From: Alphaproteobacteria bacterium
GTDB lineage: Bacteria > Pseudomonadota > Alphaproteobacteria > UBA828
Length of the DNA stretch: 64,000 nucleotides
NCBI GenBank assembly: GCA_963422645.2
Contig: CAXXVO010000007.1
Location: forward strand, 288,001-352,000
Reading direction: 5' to 3'
In this document: in pieces, positions 30,336 to 40,095 of the stretch
How positions within the stretch are numbered: position 1 is the first letter of the stretch
Layout: each line of letters begins with the position of its first letter
Notes under the pieces: generated by a model
The model's input: the letters and a program-made list of their open reading frames with translations, nothing else
What the model was told of the DNA's origin: nothing
The model's database searches: none
Program-made: the position numbers and the translations under genes

Positions 30336-31386
30336 ACCGCTTATGCACATGGCTCCGGTTCGATCAACATGCTGTAGGTAAGGGGTTTTGCATTGGTGGC
30401 GATGCGGAAGAGCGAGCGGAAAGCAGCGTGGCGGGTTTTGCGGCGGTTGAAGCGAAAGGCGAACTCATCGAGATAGGCCTGCAGATGCTTGCGGCGCAGC
30501 CCGTGGTAGACGCCTCGCGCCCATCCTTTGAGGTTGGAGAAGACTTGGTGGATCCACGGCAGGACGAGGTGAGCGGCGGTCTTCCCGACGACATGGACAT
30601 TGTGGCGATCGGCGGGGACCGCAGCGTAGCCGGACCAGCCGTCGGTTTTCGCGATGGCGTCGGGATCGGCGGCGGTTTCGACGAAGTGTCCGAGGTCGGC
30701 GGCGCCGTAGGAGGAGATTTCGGCCAGCCGCAGGCGGCCCGGGATGGTTCCATCCCCCAGTTCGATGGCGCCGACGATGAGCATCTTGCCGTCGTGGCTG
30801 CGTCCTTGCCCTCCGGTGGGAGGATCGTCTTTGGTCCGGAATGGAAGGCTGGCCTCGTCGATTTCCACCAGGCCCGACAACGGGTTGCGCTCGGGGTCGA
30901 CCATGCTGGCGCGCAGCTTGTGGGCGAGCAGCCAAGCGCTGCGGTAAGAGCCGATACCGAGCTGTTTCTGGAGCTGCAGGGCAGAGATGCCGTTGGAGTG
31001 GGTCGCCATCAGGTAGGCGGCCCAGAACCAGACGGTGAGCGGCAGCTTGCTGGCGTGCAGGATCGTCCCGGCCGTCACCGAGGTCTGCCGGCGGCAGCCG
31101 GCGCACTCGAAGGTGTGTGCTTTTCTGCGCAGCGCCCATCCCTTTTCATGGCCGCACGCGGGACAGACGAAGCCGTCCGGCCAGCGCATTTCGATCAGCC
31201 AGGCGGCGCAGGCGTCATCGTCCGGGAACATGTGCTGGAAGGCGAGGAGGCTGTCGGCGACCTGTTTCATGTGGTGGCTCCGTCGGCAGGAACGTATAGG
31301 CAACATTCTACCCGTTCTCCCGCCCTAACCTCAACCTCAACATCTGGTGGCAAACTCTCGCGACCGGAGCCATGTGCATAAGCGGT
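30336..31386 (-). mobile_element. IS1595-family element, 1051 bp, 24-bp perfect TIRs, 8-bp TSD
   Basis: TIR ACCGCTTATGCACATGGCTCCGGT; TAATTTGA at 30328-30335 and 31387-31394. Confidence 0.95.
30341..31270 (-). CDS. IS1595-family transposase
   Basis: RWPDGFVCPAC Zn ribbon, TSVTAGT, VEIDEA, TDGWSGY, HLQAYLDEFAFRFNRR. Confidence 0.95.
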   Translation of the reverse strand: MKQVADSLLAFQHMFPDDDACAAWLIEMRWPDGFVCPACGHEKGWALRRKAHTFECAGCRRQTSVTAGTILHASKLPLTVWFWAAYLMATHSNGISALQLQKQLGIGSYRSAWLLAHKLRASMVDPERNPLSGLVEIDEASLPFRTKDDPPTGGQGRSHDGKMLIVGAIELGDGTIPGRLRLAEISSYGAADLGHFVETAADPDAIAKTDGWSGYAAVPADRHNVHVVGKTAAHLVLPWIHQVFSNLKGWARGVYHGLRRKHLQAYLDEFAFRFNRRKTRHAAFRSLFRIATNAKPLTYSMLIEPEPCA

Positions 31387-31416
31387 TAATTTGATACCAA
31401 TTGCACGGTCTCAACC

Positions 31417-33776
31417 ATGCCCAGTACCCTCCCAATGTGCCCTCCAGAGGCGGTCTCGATCGGCAACAGCTGCTTCGCCGTCCTGATCTCGGACGACACC
31501 TTCACCTACTTTTCCAACCTCATTCCCTTTGACAGCCACGCCGCCGATGACCGCACGGCCATGCTCTTGCGGATCGGCCGCCTCGCGGCGATCAGCGCGG
31601 TCTCGCCGCAGGAACTGGCTGACGCTTTCGCTGTCTCGCGCGCGACGGTGCAGCGCGCACGACGGCGCTACCTGGCCGAGGGCGAAGCGGGGTTCATGAA
31701 GCCCCGGCGCGGTCGCGGGCCGTCGGTGTTCACTCCGGAGTTGGCGGAGAAGGCGACGGCGTTGCTGGCATCGGGCCTGAGCGGCTCTGCGGCGGCCCGG
31801 GTTCTCGGCGTGTCAGCGCCATCGGTCAACAAGTGGCGCCGTCAGGGACTGATCGGCAACACGGAGGCGGATGGGGAGCCCGGACGCTCAGCGCTGGCTG
31901 CGCCGCCTGACGCGGGTGCGGCTCCTGAAGGCCGTGTCGATGAAGAGAGTACCGGTGCCCCGGGGCCGGAGACGGCGCCGGGGCTGGAAGCGCAGCCGCA
32001 AACGGATCGCAGCGCGCGCGATCGGCGGGACCGGCAGGCGCCGATGGGGCGTGCGACTTGCGATGTTCCGGCTCGGGTTCTGGCCAGTTGTGGACAGGCG
32101 GGGCCGGTCGAACCGCAGTTCGCCGCCGCCGCCCGCGGTGTCCGCTTCGGCGGCGTGCTCGCCGCCCTGCCGGCCCTGCTGAAGGAAGGTCTTCTCTCCG
32201 AGACCGGTCTCCTGCCATTGCTGCCGAAGGGCTATTACGGCTTGCCTACGATCCTGCTCTTCCTGGCCTTCATGACCTTGGCGCGGGTGCGCAACCCCGA
32301 GAGCCTGCGCTACCAGGCGCCGGGCGAATGGGGCGCCATTCTCGGCCTCGATCGCTGCCCCGAGGTCAAGACGCTGCGCCGCAAGATCGCTCTCATCGCC
32401 GACGACGAGGCCGGCGTGCGGGCGTGGCAGCTCGCCCTTGCCAGGCGCTGGCAGGCGCCGACGAGCCGGAGCTCTGGGCGACGCTGGCCATCGACGGGCA
32501 CGTCAAGGTCTACTCCGGCCGCAAGGGGCGCTTGCCCAAGCACTTCGTCTCGCGCGAGAAGCTGTGCCTGCCGGCGAGCGCCAGCTACTGGATCAACGCT
32601 CTGGGCGGCAAGCCGCTGCTCTGTCTGCACAAGCCGCTGGACCCGAAGATGGTCGCGGCCATCGAAGCCGACGTGGTGCCGGCGCTGCAGGAGCTTGGGA
32701 TCGTTGGCGCCGGGGCGCCGGACCTGACCGCCGAGCATCCCGGCCAGCCGGCGCTCACCCTGGTCTTCGACCGCGAGGGCTGGAGCCCGGATCTGTTCCG
32801 CCGGCTGGCGAGGCGCGGCGTCGCCTGCCTGACCTGGCACAAGAACTTCAGGGGCGAGGACTGGCCGGCCGAGGACTTCGGCGCGATGACCGTTCCCATT
32901 CACGGACCGGCGGCGGACGGCAGCGCCACCATGCGGCTGGCTGAGAAGCCGGTGACGTTGCCGAACGGCTTCAGGGTGCGCCAGATCCGCCGCCTGCTCG
33001 ACAACGGCCGTCAGGTGCCGCTGATCACCACCGATCCGCACAAGCCGATGGCTGAGGTTGCGGGCGCCATGTTCTCGCGCTGGTCGCAGGAGAACTTCTT
33101 CAAGTACATGCGTGACGAGTTCAATCTCGACGCCCTGCCGACCCACGAGCTCGAGCCTCTCGATCCCGCCGCCATGGTCGTCAACCCGCTGCGGCGGGCC
33201 TATGACAAGGCAATCCATCGCCTCGACCGCCAGCTTGGCCGCCTGCGCAACCGCATCGCCGACACGGCCCGGAAGAAGCAGCCGACGGCGGAACTCAGGA
33301 GGGAAGTCAGGGACCTCCAGGATGTCCGCGACATCGTCAGGGCCAGCCGCAGGGAGACGCCCAAGCACTGCCGGGCCGGCGACCTCGACGAAGCCGAGCA
33401 GCTCGATGCCTTGCCCGCGCGCGAGCGCCTCCTCCTCGACGTCATCCGGATGATCGCCTACCGCGCCGAAACCCGCATGATGCTTCCCGTCATGCAGGCG
33501 CAGGGCCACAAGCCCCATCCCCGGAAACTGCTTCAAGCGCTGCTCACCGCCGATGCCGACATCCTGCCGGATCCTGGCAATGGCCTCCTGCGGGTCCACA
33601 TTCTTGGCCTCGCAAACGACGCCTGCGACCGTTGGATCGATGCGGTTCTGAGCGACCTGAACGCCACCGAAACGGTCTTCCCCGGCACCCGTCTGCGCAT
33701 AGTCTACGACATCGACGGGGCCTCGGAATCCGCGCGGCTCGTGTCACCTAAAATCAGCAGAGGTCAGGAAGTCTGA
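31417..33776 (+). pseudogene. HTH + DDE transposase (about 786 aa if joined), frameshift near 32452-32462
   Basis: HTH motifs; AIDGH, VFDREG, RWSQENFFK as candidate D-D-E; stop TGA is the last 3 nt of the TIR. Confidence 0.8.
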
Positions 33777-33779
33777 ACA

Positions 33780-36294
33780 TCAGACTTCCTGACCTCGTGA
33801 TGCTGGCTGTTCTGGGCAGCGTGCCGGGAACTCCTTGAATTCTGATACATTTCGGTTGTTTCAGGCGGTTTTTCGCTGGGTGTCGCGCCCGAGGTCTGAT
33901 ATTATAATTTGATACCAATTGCACGGTCTCAACCATGCCCAGTACCCTCCCAATGTGCCCTCCAGAGGCGGTCTCGATCGGCAACAGCTGCTTCGCCGTC
34001 CTGATCTCGGACGACACCTTCACCTACTTTTCCAACCTCATTCCCTTTGACAGCCACGCCGCCGATGACCGCACGGCCATGCTCTTGCGGATCGGCCGCC
34101 TCGCGGCGATCAGCGCGGTCTCGCCGCAGGAACTGGCTGACGCTTTCGCTGTCTCGCGCGCGACGGTGCAGCGCGCACGACGGCGCTACCTGGCCGAGGG
34201 CGAAGCGGGGTTCATGAAGCCCCGGCGCGGTCGCGGGCCGTCGGTGTTCACTCCGGAGTTGGCGGAGAAGGCGACGGCGTTGCTGGCATCGGGCCTGAGC
34301 GGCTCTGCGGCGGCCCGGGTTCTCGGCGTGTCAGCGCCATCGGTCAACAAGTGGCGCCGTCAGGGACTGATCGGCAACACGGAGGCGGATGGGGAGCCCG
34401 GACGCTCAGCGCTGGCTGCGCCGCCTGACGCGGGTGCGGCTCCTGAAGGCCGTGTCGATGAAGAGAGTACCGGTGCCCCGGGGCCGGAGACGGCGCCGGG
34501 GCTGGAAGCGCAGCCGCAAACGGATCGCAGCGCGCGCGATCGGCGGGACCGGCAGGCGCCGATGGGGCGTGCGACTTGCGATGTTCCGGCTCGGGTTCTG
34601 GCCAGTTGTGGACAGGCGGGGCCGGTCGAACCGCAGTTCGCCGCCGCCGCCCGCGGTGTCCGCTTCGGCGGCGTGCTCGCCGCCCTGCCGGCCCTGCTGA
34701 AGGAAGGTCTTCTCTCCGAGACCGGTCTCCTGCCATTGCTGCCGAAGGGCTATTACGGCTTGCCTACGATCCTGCTCTTCCTGGCCTTCATGACCTTGGC
34801 GCGGGTGCGCAACCCCGAGAGCCTGCGCTACCAGGCGCCGGGCGAATGGGGCGCCATTCTCGGCCTCGATCGCTGCCCCGAGGTCAAGACGCTGCGCCGC
34901 AAGATCGCTCTCATCGCCGACGACGAGGCCGGCGTGCGGGCGTGGCAGCTCGCCCTTGCCAGGCGCTGGCAGGCGCCGACGAGCCGGAGCTCTGGGCGAC
35001 GCTGGCCATCGACGGGCACGTCAAGGTCTACTCCGGCCGCAAGGGGCGCTTGCCCAAGCACTTCGTCTCGCGCGAGAAGCTGTGCCTGCCGGCGAGCGCC
35101 AGCTACTGGATCAACGCTCTGGGCGGCAAGCCGCTGCTCTGTCTGCACAAGCCGCTGGACCCGAAGATGGTCGCGGCCATCGAAGCCGACGTGGTGCCGG
35201 CGCTGCAGGAGCTTGGGATCGTTGGCGCCGGGGCGCCGGACCTGACCGCCGAGCATCCCGGCCAGCCGGCGCTCACCCTGGTCTTCGACCGCGAGGGCTG
35301 GAGCCCGGATCTGTTCCGCCGGCTGGCGAGGCGCGGCGTCGCCTGCCTGACCTGGCACAAGAACTTCAGGGGCGAGGACTGGCCGGCCGAGGACTTCGGC
35401 GCGATGACCGTTCCCATTCACGGACCGGCGGCGGACGGCAGCGCCACCATGCGGCTGGCTGAGAAGCCGGTGACGTTGCCGAACGGCTTCAGGGTGCGCC
35501 AGATCCGCCGCCTGCTCGACAACGGCCGTCAGGTGCCGCTGATCACCACCGATCCGCACAAGCCGATGGCTGAGGTTGCGGGCGCCATGTTCTCGCGCTG
35601 GTCGCAGGAGAACTTCTTCAAGTACATGCGTGACGAGTTCAATCTCGACGCCCTGCCGACCCACGAGCTCGAGCCTCTCGATCCCGCCGCCATGGTCGTC
35701 AACCCGCTGCGGCGGGCCTATGACAAGGCAATCCATCGCCTCGACCGCCAGCTTGGCCGCCTGCGCAACCGCATCGCCGACACGGCCCGGAAGAAGCAGC
35801 CGACGGCGGAACTCAGGAGGGAAGTCAGGGACCTCCAGGATGTCCGCGACATCGTCAGGGCCAGCCGCAGGGAGACGCCCAAGCACTGCCGGGCCGGCGA
35901 CCTCGACGAAGCCGAGCAGCTCGATGCCTTGCCCGCGCGCGAGCGCCTCCTCCTCGACGTCATCCGGATGATCGCCTACCGCGCCGAAACCCGCATGATG
36001 CTTCCCGTCATGCAGGCGCAGGGCCACAAGCCCCATCCCCGGAAACTGCTTCAAGCGCTGCTCACCGCCGATGCCGACATCCTGCCGGATCCTGGCAATG
36101 GCCTCCTGCGGGTCCACATTCTTGGCCTCGCAAACGACGCCTGCGACCGTTGGATCGATGCGGTTCTGAGCGACCTGAACGCCACCGAAACGGTCTTCCC
36201 CGGCACCCGTCTGCGCATAGTCTACGACATCGACGGGGCCTCGGAATCCGCGCGGCTCGTGTCACCTAAAATCAGCAGAGGTCAGGAAGTCTGA
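33780..36294 (+). mobile_element. Unassigned 2515-bp IS, copy 2 (tandem with copy 1, ACA spacer)
   Basis: Junction ...GAAGTCTGA-ACA-TCAGACTTC...; ORFs identical to copy 1. Confidence 0.92.
33935..36294 (+). pseudogene. HTH + DDE transposase, same frameshift (about 34970-34980)
   Basis: Identical 436-aa and 572-aa ORF pair. Confidence 0.8.
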
Positions 36295-36674
36295 GTTTAT
36301 GCACCGGAGACGCCGGGAACAAGTAGCAGAATTACCTAGTGTCGGTAACACGGGATTTGTCCGGTCCATGTACCAGATGATCTGTCCGGTTTTAGAAGGC
36401 TTCTGTGGCTTGGAGGGAGGCGATGCACCGCACCGCCGTAGCTATCAGGGTGCGCCGCCCTTGAGGCCAGCCGGCCGGGACGTGATGATGGCTACAACGG
36501 GACTGCAGGACTATCCCCGATCCTTTCGGGCGGGGAGAAGAGGACGGGGGCTGACGTGACCAGTGCAGCAAGTCCGCGGGCCGGTCGCACTCCTGTGCCG
36601 ACGGCCGGCATGCGATACAGCTCGAGTGACGTCATGCGGGGCGTGCTCGGTCACACGCGTGCCCGCCCTCGCCG

Positions 36675-37722
36675 GTGACGGACACGGCGCCCTCGGCTAG
36701 CGGCCCCGAGCCGCTGCCGCGTCGGGGCTTCGTTCTTCTGGCGGCGCTGACGCTCCTGTGGGGCGTCAACTGGCCGATGCTCAAGATCGCGCTCAACGAG
36801 CTTCCGGTGCTCACCTTCCGCGGAACCTGCCTCTTCTTCGCGGGCTTGATCATCGTCGCTCTCCACCGCGCGATCGGCCGCTCGGTCGCGGTGCCGCGCC
36901 GGCAATGGCGGCCGCTCCTGATTACGGGTTTCTTCAACATCACCGTCTGGCATCTCGCGACCGGATTCGGGCTCGTCTACACGACCTCCGGCCGCGCCTC
37001 GATCATCGCCTACACGATGCCGATCTGGACCGTGCCAATTGGCTACGCCGTGCTCGGCGAGCGACCGGGTTGGCGGCGGATGAGCGCGCTCGCGCTGGGC
37101 ACCGCCGGGCTCGGGGTGCTGATCGCCACCGACGCCCAGACCCTCAGCGGCGCACCTCTGGGGCCGCTCCTGGTGCTCTGCGGTGCCGTCGGCTGGGCCT
37201 GCGGCACGGTCGCGCTCAAGCGCACCGACTGGCAGGTCTCCATGTGGGTGCTGGTCGGCTGGCAATGCCTGATCTGCGGCCTGCCGATCTTCATCGCGGC
37301 GGCTATCGTAGACGCCGAAACGGTACAATTTCCGTCGCTATGGCCGCTCGTTTCGGTGATTTACAACATTTTTGCGCCCTTCGTGATTTGCTACTACCTC
37401 TATTACGAGATTGTGCGGATATTCCCGACCGGGGTGGCGACGGTTGGCACCCTCGGCATTCCCGTGATCGGGCTTTTCAGCGGAGCACGGCACGTCCTTC
37501 GCCGCCCCGCACGTGTCCGGCGCGGCCGCGGTGGTGTGGGCCGCGTTTCCGAACAAGGGCGGCGCGGGGATCGTGGAGCGCCTGCTGGCGACGGCCCGCC
37601 CGCTGGAATTGGTCCTGGGCGAGCCGCTGGGCTGGAGTGAGTTCACGGCTCTCGGCCTGGTCGTCGCCGCACTTGCGGTGCCGGTGATGACGCGGCCCGA
37701 GAGCTTTGTGCGCAGCGGTTGA
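36675..37722 (+). pseudogene. EamA/DMT-family transporter disrupted by a 121-bp insertion
   Basis: LLWGVNWP, YTMPIW, LGERPG; removing 37488-37608 gives ...GLFSGA|LVLGEPLGW... Confidence 0.85.
37488..37608 (+). other. Inserted fragment of an S8 subtilisin gene (catalytic Ser region)
   Basis: Translates GTSFAAPHVSGAAAVVWAAFPNKGGAGIVERLLATARPL. Confidence 0.85.
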
Positions 37723-37867
37723 GGGCGCGCTGGCACGCGGCCATCGTGTGCCAGCGGTTCGAGAATTGGTTTGCATGTCGGGCCAGCCCTTGAACGGGCG
37801 CCGTGGCCACCCCTATGCTTGTAACTCTTGCAGCCGGCGCCTGTGCCGGCCTTGAGGGGAGACGCGC

Positions 37868-38836
37868 ATGGCGACGACCCATCGCAGCAAGGTCGTGATC
37901 ATCGGTTCTGGCCCTGCCGGCTACTCTGCGGCGATCTACGCCGCGCGCGCCAACCTAGAGCCGATCATGGTGCAGGGGCTCGAGCCCGGCGGCCAGCTCA
38001 CGATCACCACCGATGTCGAGAACTATCCGGGCTTCGCCGATATTGTCCAGGGACCGTGGCTCATGGAGCAGATGGCGGGCCAGGCGGAAGCGGTGGGCAC
38101 GCGGCTGATACACGACATGATTGTCGCCGTGGACTTGGGTAAGCGACCCTTCGTCTGCACCGGCGATTCCGGCGATGTCTACATCGGTGACACGGTCATC
38201 GTCTGCACCGGCGCGCAGGCGAAGTGGCTGGGCCTGAAGAGCGAGCAGCGTTTCATGGGCTTCGGCGTCTCGGCCTGCGCAACGTGCGACGGATTTTTCT
38301 TCCGCGGCAAGGAGGTCGCGGTGATCGGCGGCGGCAACACCGCCGTGGAAGAGGCGCTTTACCTCACCAACCACGCGAGCAAGGTCACCCTCGTCCACCG
38401 CCGCGACGCACTGCGGGCCGAGAAAATCCTGCAGGATCGCCTGTTCCGCAACGACAAGATCGAGGTCCTGTGGGACCACGTACTGGACGAAATCGAGGGC
38501 GAGAGCGAGCCGCCGACGGTGACGGGAATCGCGGTGCGCCACGTCAAGACCAATGCGATGCATCGAATTCCGCTCTCGGGCGTGTTCATCGCCATCGGGC
38601 ATTGGCCCAACACCGAGCTCTTCGCGGGCCAGCTCGCGATGGACGACGAGGGCTACATCCAGACGATGGCGGACAGCACGAGGACGAACCTGCCGGGCGT
38701 GTTCGCCGCCGGCGACGTGCAGGACAAGGTGTTTCGGCAGGCGGTGACCGCCGCCGGCACCGGCTGCATGGGTGCGCTGGAAGCCGAGAAATTTCTCGCC
38801 GAGGCCGAGACGCCCGAGGCCGCTGCCGCGGCGTGA
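37868..38836 (+). CDS. trxB: Thioredoxin-disulfide reductase
   Basis: IIGSGPAG, GVSACATCDGFFF, GGGNTAVEEA, GVFAAGDV...RQAVTAAGTG. Confidence 0.97.
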   Translation: MATTHRSKVVIIGSGPAGYSAAIYAARANLEPIMVQGLEPGGQLTITTDVENYPGFADIVQGPWLMEQMAGQAEAVGTRLIHDMIVAVDLGKRPFVCTGDSGDVYIGDTVIVCTGAQAKWLGLKSEQRFMGFGVSACATCDGFFFRGKEVAVIGGGNTAVEEALYLTNHASKVTLVHRRDALRAEKILQDRLFRNDKIEVLWDHVLDEIEGESEPPTVTGIAVRHVKTNAMHRIPLSGVFIAIGHWPNTELFAGQLAMDDEGYIQTMADSTRTNLPGVFAAGDVQDKVFRQAVTAAGTGCMGALEAEKFLAEAETPEAAAAA

Positions 38837-38864
38837 GCACCGGCGCGGCGCCGGGGGCGCTGCC

Positions 38865-39755
38865 ATGGACTGGAACCGGCTACGCATCTTTCAGACGGTC
38901 GCTGAGCACGGCAGCTTCACCCGTGCCGGCGACATTCTCGAGCTCAGCCAGTCGGCGGTGAGCCGGCAGATCGCGGCACTTGAGAAGAGCCTCGACGCGG
39001 TCCTGTTCCACCGTCACTCGCGCGGCCTGCTGCTGACCGAGCAAGGTGAGGCGCTCTATCGCACGGTCCGCGAGGTCTCGGCCAAGCTCGCGATGACCGA
39101 AGCGCAAATCGCCCATGCGCGCGACCGGCCCTCGGGCCCGCTGAAAATCACGACGACGGTCTCTTTTGCCTCGGTATGGCTGACGCCCAGGATCCCCGCC
39201 TTCAACAACCTATATCCGGAGATCAAGATCACCCTGCTGACATCGGACAACCTGCTCGACCTCGCCATGCGCGAGGCGGACGTGGCGATCCGCATGATCG
39301 AACCGACCGAGCCCGATCTCGTCCGCCGCCACCTGATGACCGTCAATTCTTATATTTACGCTTCGCCGGACTATCTGGCCCGCTTCGGGCCGATCGATGC
39401 GGCGGAGGACCTCGCCCGCCAGCGCCTGATCATCTACGGCCAGGGGCCGCTCACCCCCATCGCCAACCCCGACTGGCTGATCGGTATCTCGGGCAATCCG
39501 ATGGCCGATGGCCGCATCGTGCTGGAGGCGAACAACATTTATTGCATGCGCGAAGCGGTGGAGAGCGGCCTCGGGATTGCTGCGCTGCCTGACTACGTGG
39601 CTTGGGGCAGCCAGCGGCTCCAGCGCGTGCTGCCGGACCGTCAGGGTCCGCCCTTCGACGCCTTCTTCACCTACGCCGAGGAATTGCGATACTCCAAGAG
39701 AATCGGGGTTTTCCGCGATTTTCTGCTGTCCGAGGTGGCCAGCTGGCGCTCCTGA
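38865..39755 (+). CDS. LysR-family regulator (in the VtlR/LsrB position after trxB)
   Basis: MDWNRLRIF..VAEHGSFT..SQSAVSRQI..LFHRHSRGLLLTEQGE; DLAMREADVAIR. Confidence 0.93.
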   Translation: MDWNRLRIFQTVAEHGSFTRAGDILELSQSAVSRQIAALEKSLDAVLFHRHSRGLLLTEQGEALYRTVREVSAKLAMTEAQIAHARDRPSGPLKITTTVSFASVWLTPRIPAFNNLYPEIKITLLTSDNLLDLAMREADVAIRMIEPTEPDLVRRHLMTVNSYIYASPDYLARFGPIDAAEDLARQRLIIYGQGPLTPIANPDWLIGISGNPMADGRIVLEANNIYCMREAVESGLGIAALPDYVAWGSQRLQRVLPDRQGPPFDAFFTYAEELRYSKRIGVFRDFLLSEVASWRS

Positions 39756-39763
39756 CGCCCTAT

Positions 39764-39786
39764 AGCCATGATCTGGATGCATGGCT
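39764..39786. promoter_or_regulatory. LysR-type T-N11-A palindrome
   Basis: AGCCATG-ATCTGGATG-CATGGCT. Confidence 0.6.
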
Positions 39787-39841
39787 GGTTTGCTTCCCAT
39801 GCCCTAGCGCATTCGTGTCAACGCGACTACATATTGCGCCG

Positions 39842-40002
39842 CAGCATGACGCTTGCGTCATGCCTCGAGGATTAACCGGGGTGCCCACCCCGGTTTGTCG
39901 TCTTCAGGTGCAAGGCCTGAAGGGGATCCTCGGATCTCACGTCTCCTAGACGTGAAGCCTCCCTGTTAGACTGGCCGGGTCTTCGGACCCGGCCTTCCTT
40001 TT
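39842..40002 (+). ncRNA. Candidate trans-acting sRNA (about 160 nt; 5' end approximate)
   Basis: Four to five consecutive hairpins, anti-SD motifs CTCCT and CCTCCC, terminator; lies downstream of trxB-LysR. Confidence 0.65.
39973..40002 (+). terminator. Intrinsic terminator
   Basis: GGCCGGGTC-TTCG-GACCCGGCC-TTCCTTTT. Confidence 0.85.
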
Positions 40003-40095
40003 GCCCCAAGCACAAGAAGGCCGCCCCGACCCAGCCTAATCCTCGGTTCGGGCCGCGATAGGTATAGCGCGGCCGACACAGCTCGGGTGATCGTC

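Larger units (their letters stand above)
30203..33776 (+). mobile_element. Unassigned 2515-bp IS, copy 1 (interrupted by IS1595)
   Basis: 17-bp perfect TIRs TCAGACTTCCTGACCTC / GAGGTCAGGAAGTCTGA; 3574 = 2515 + 1051 + 8. Confidence 0.9.

Noticed and set aside
32310-33599. 429-aa antisense ORF repeated in each IS copy
   Set aside because: Mirror frame of the transposase; repeated only because the IS is
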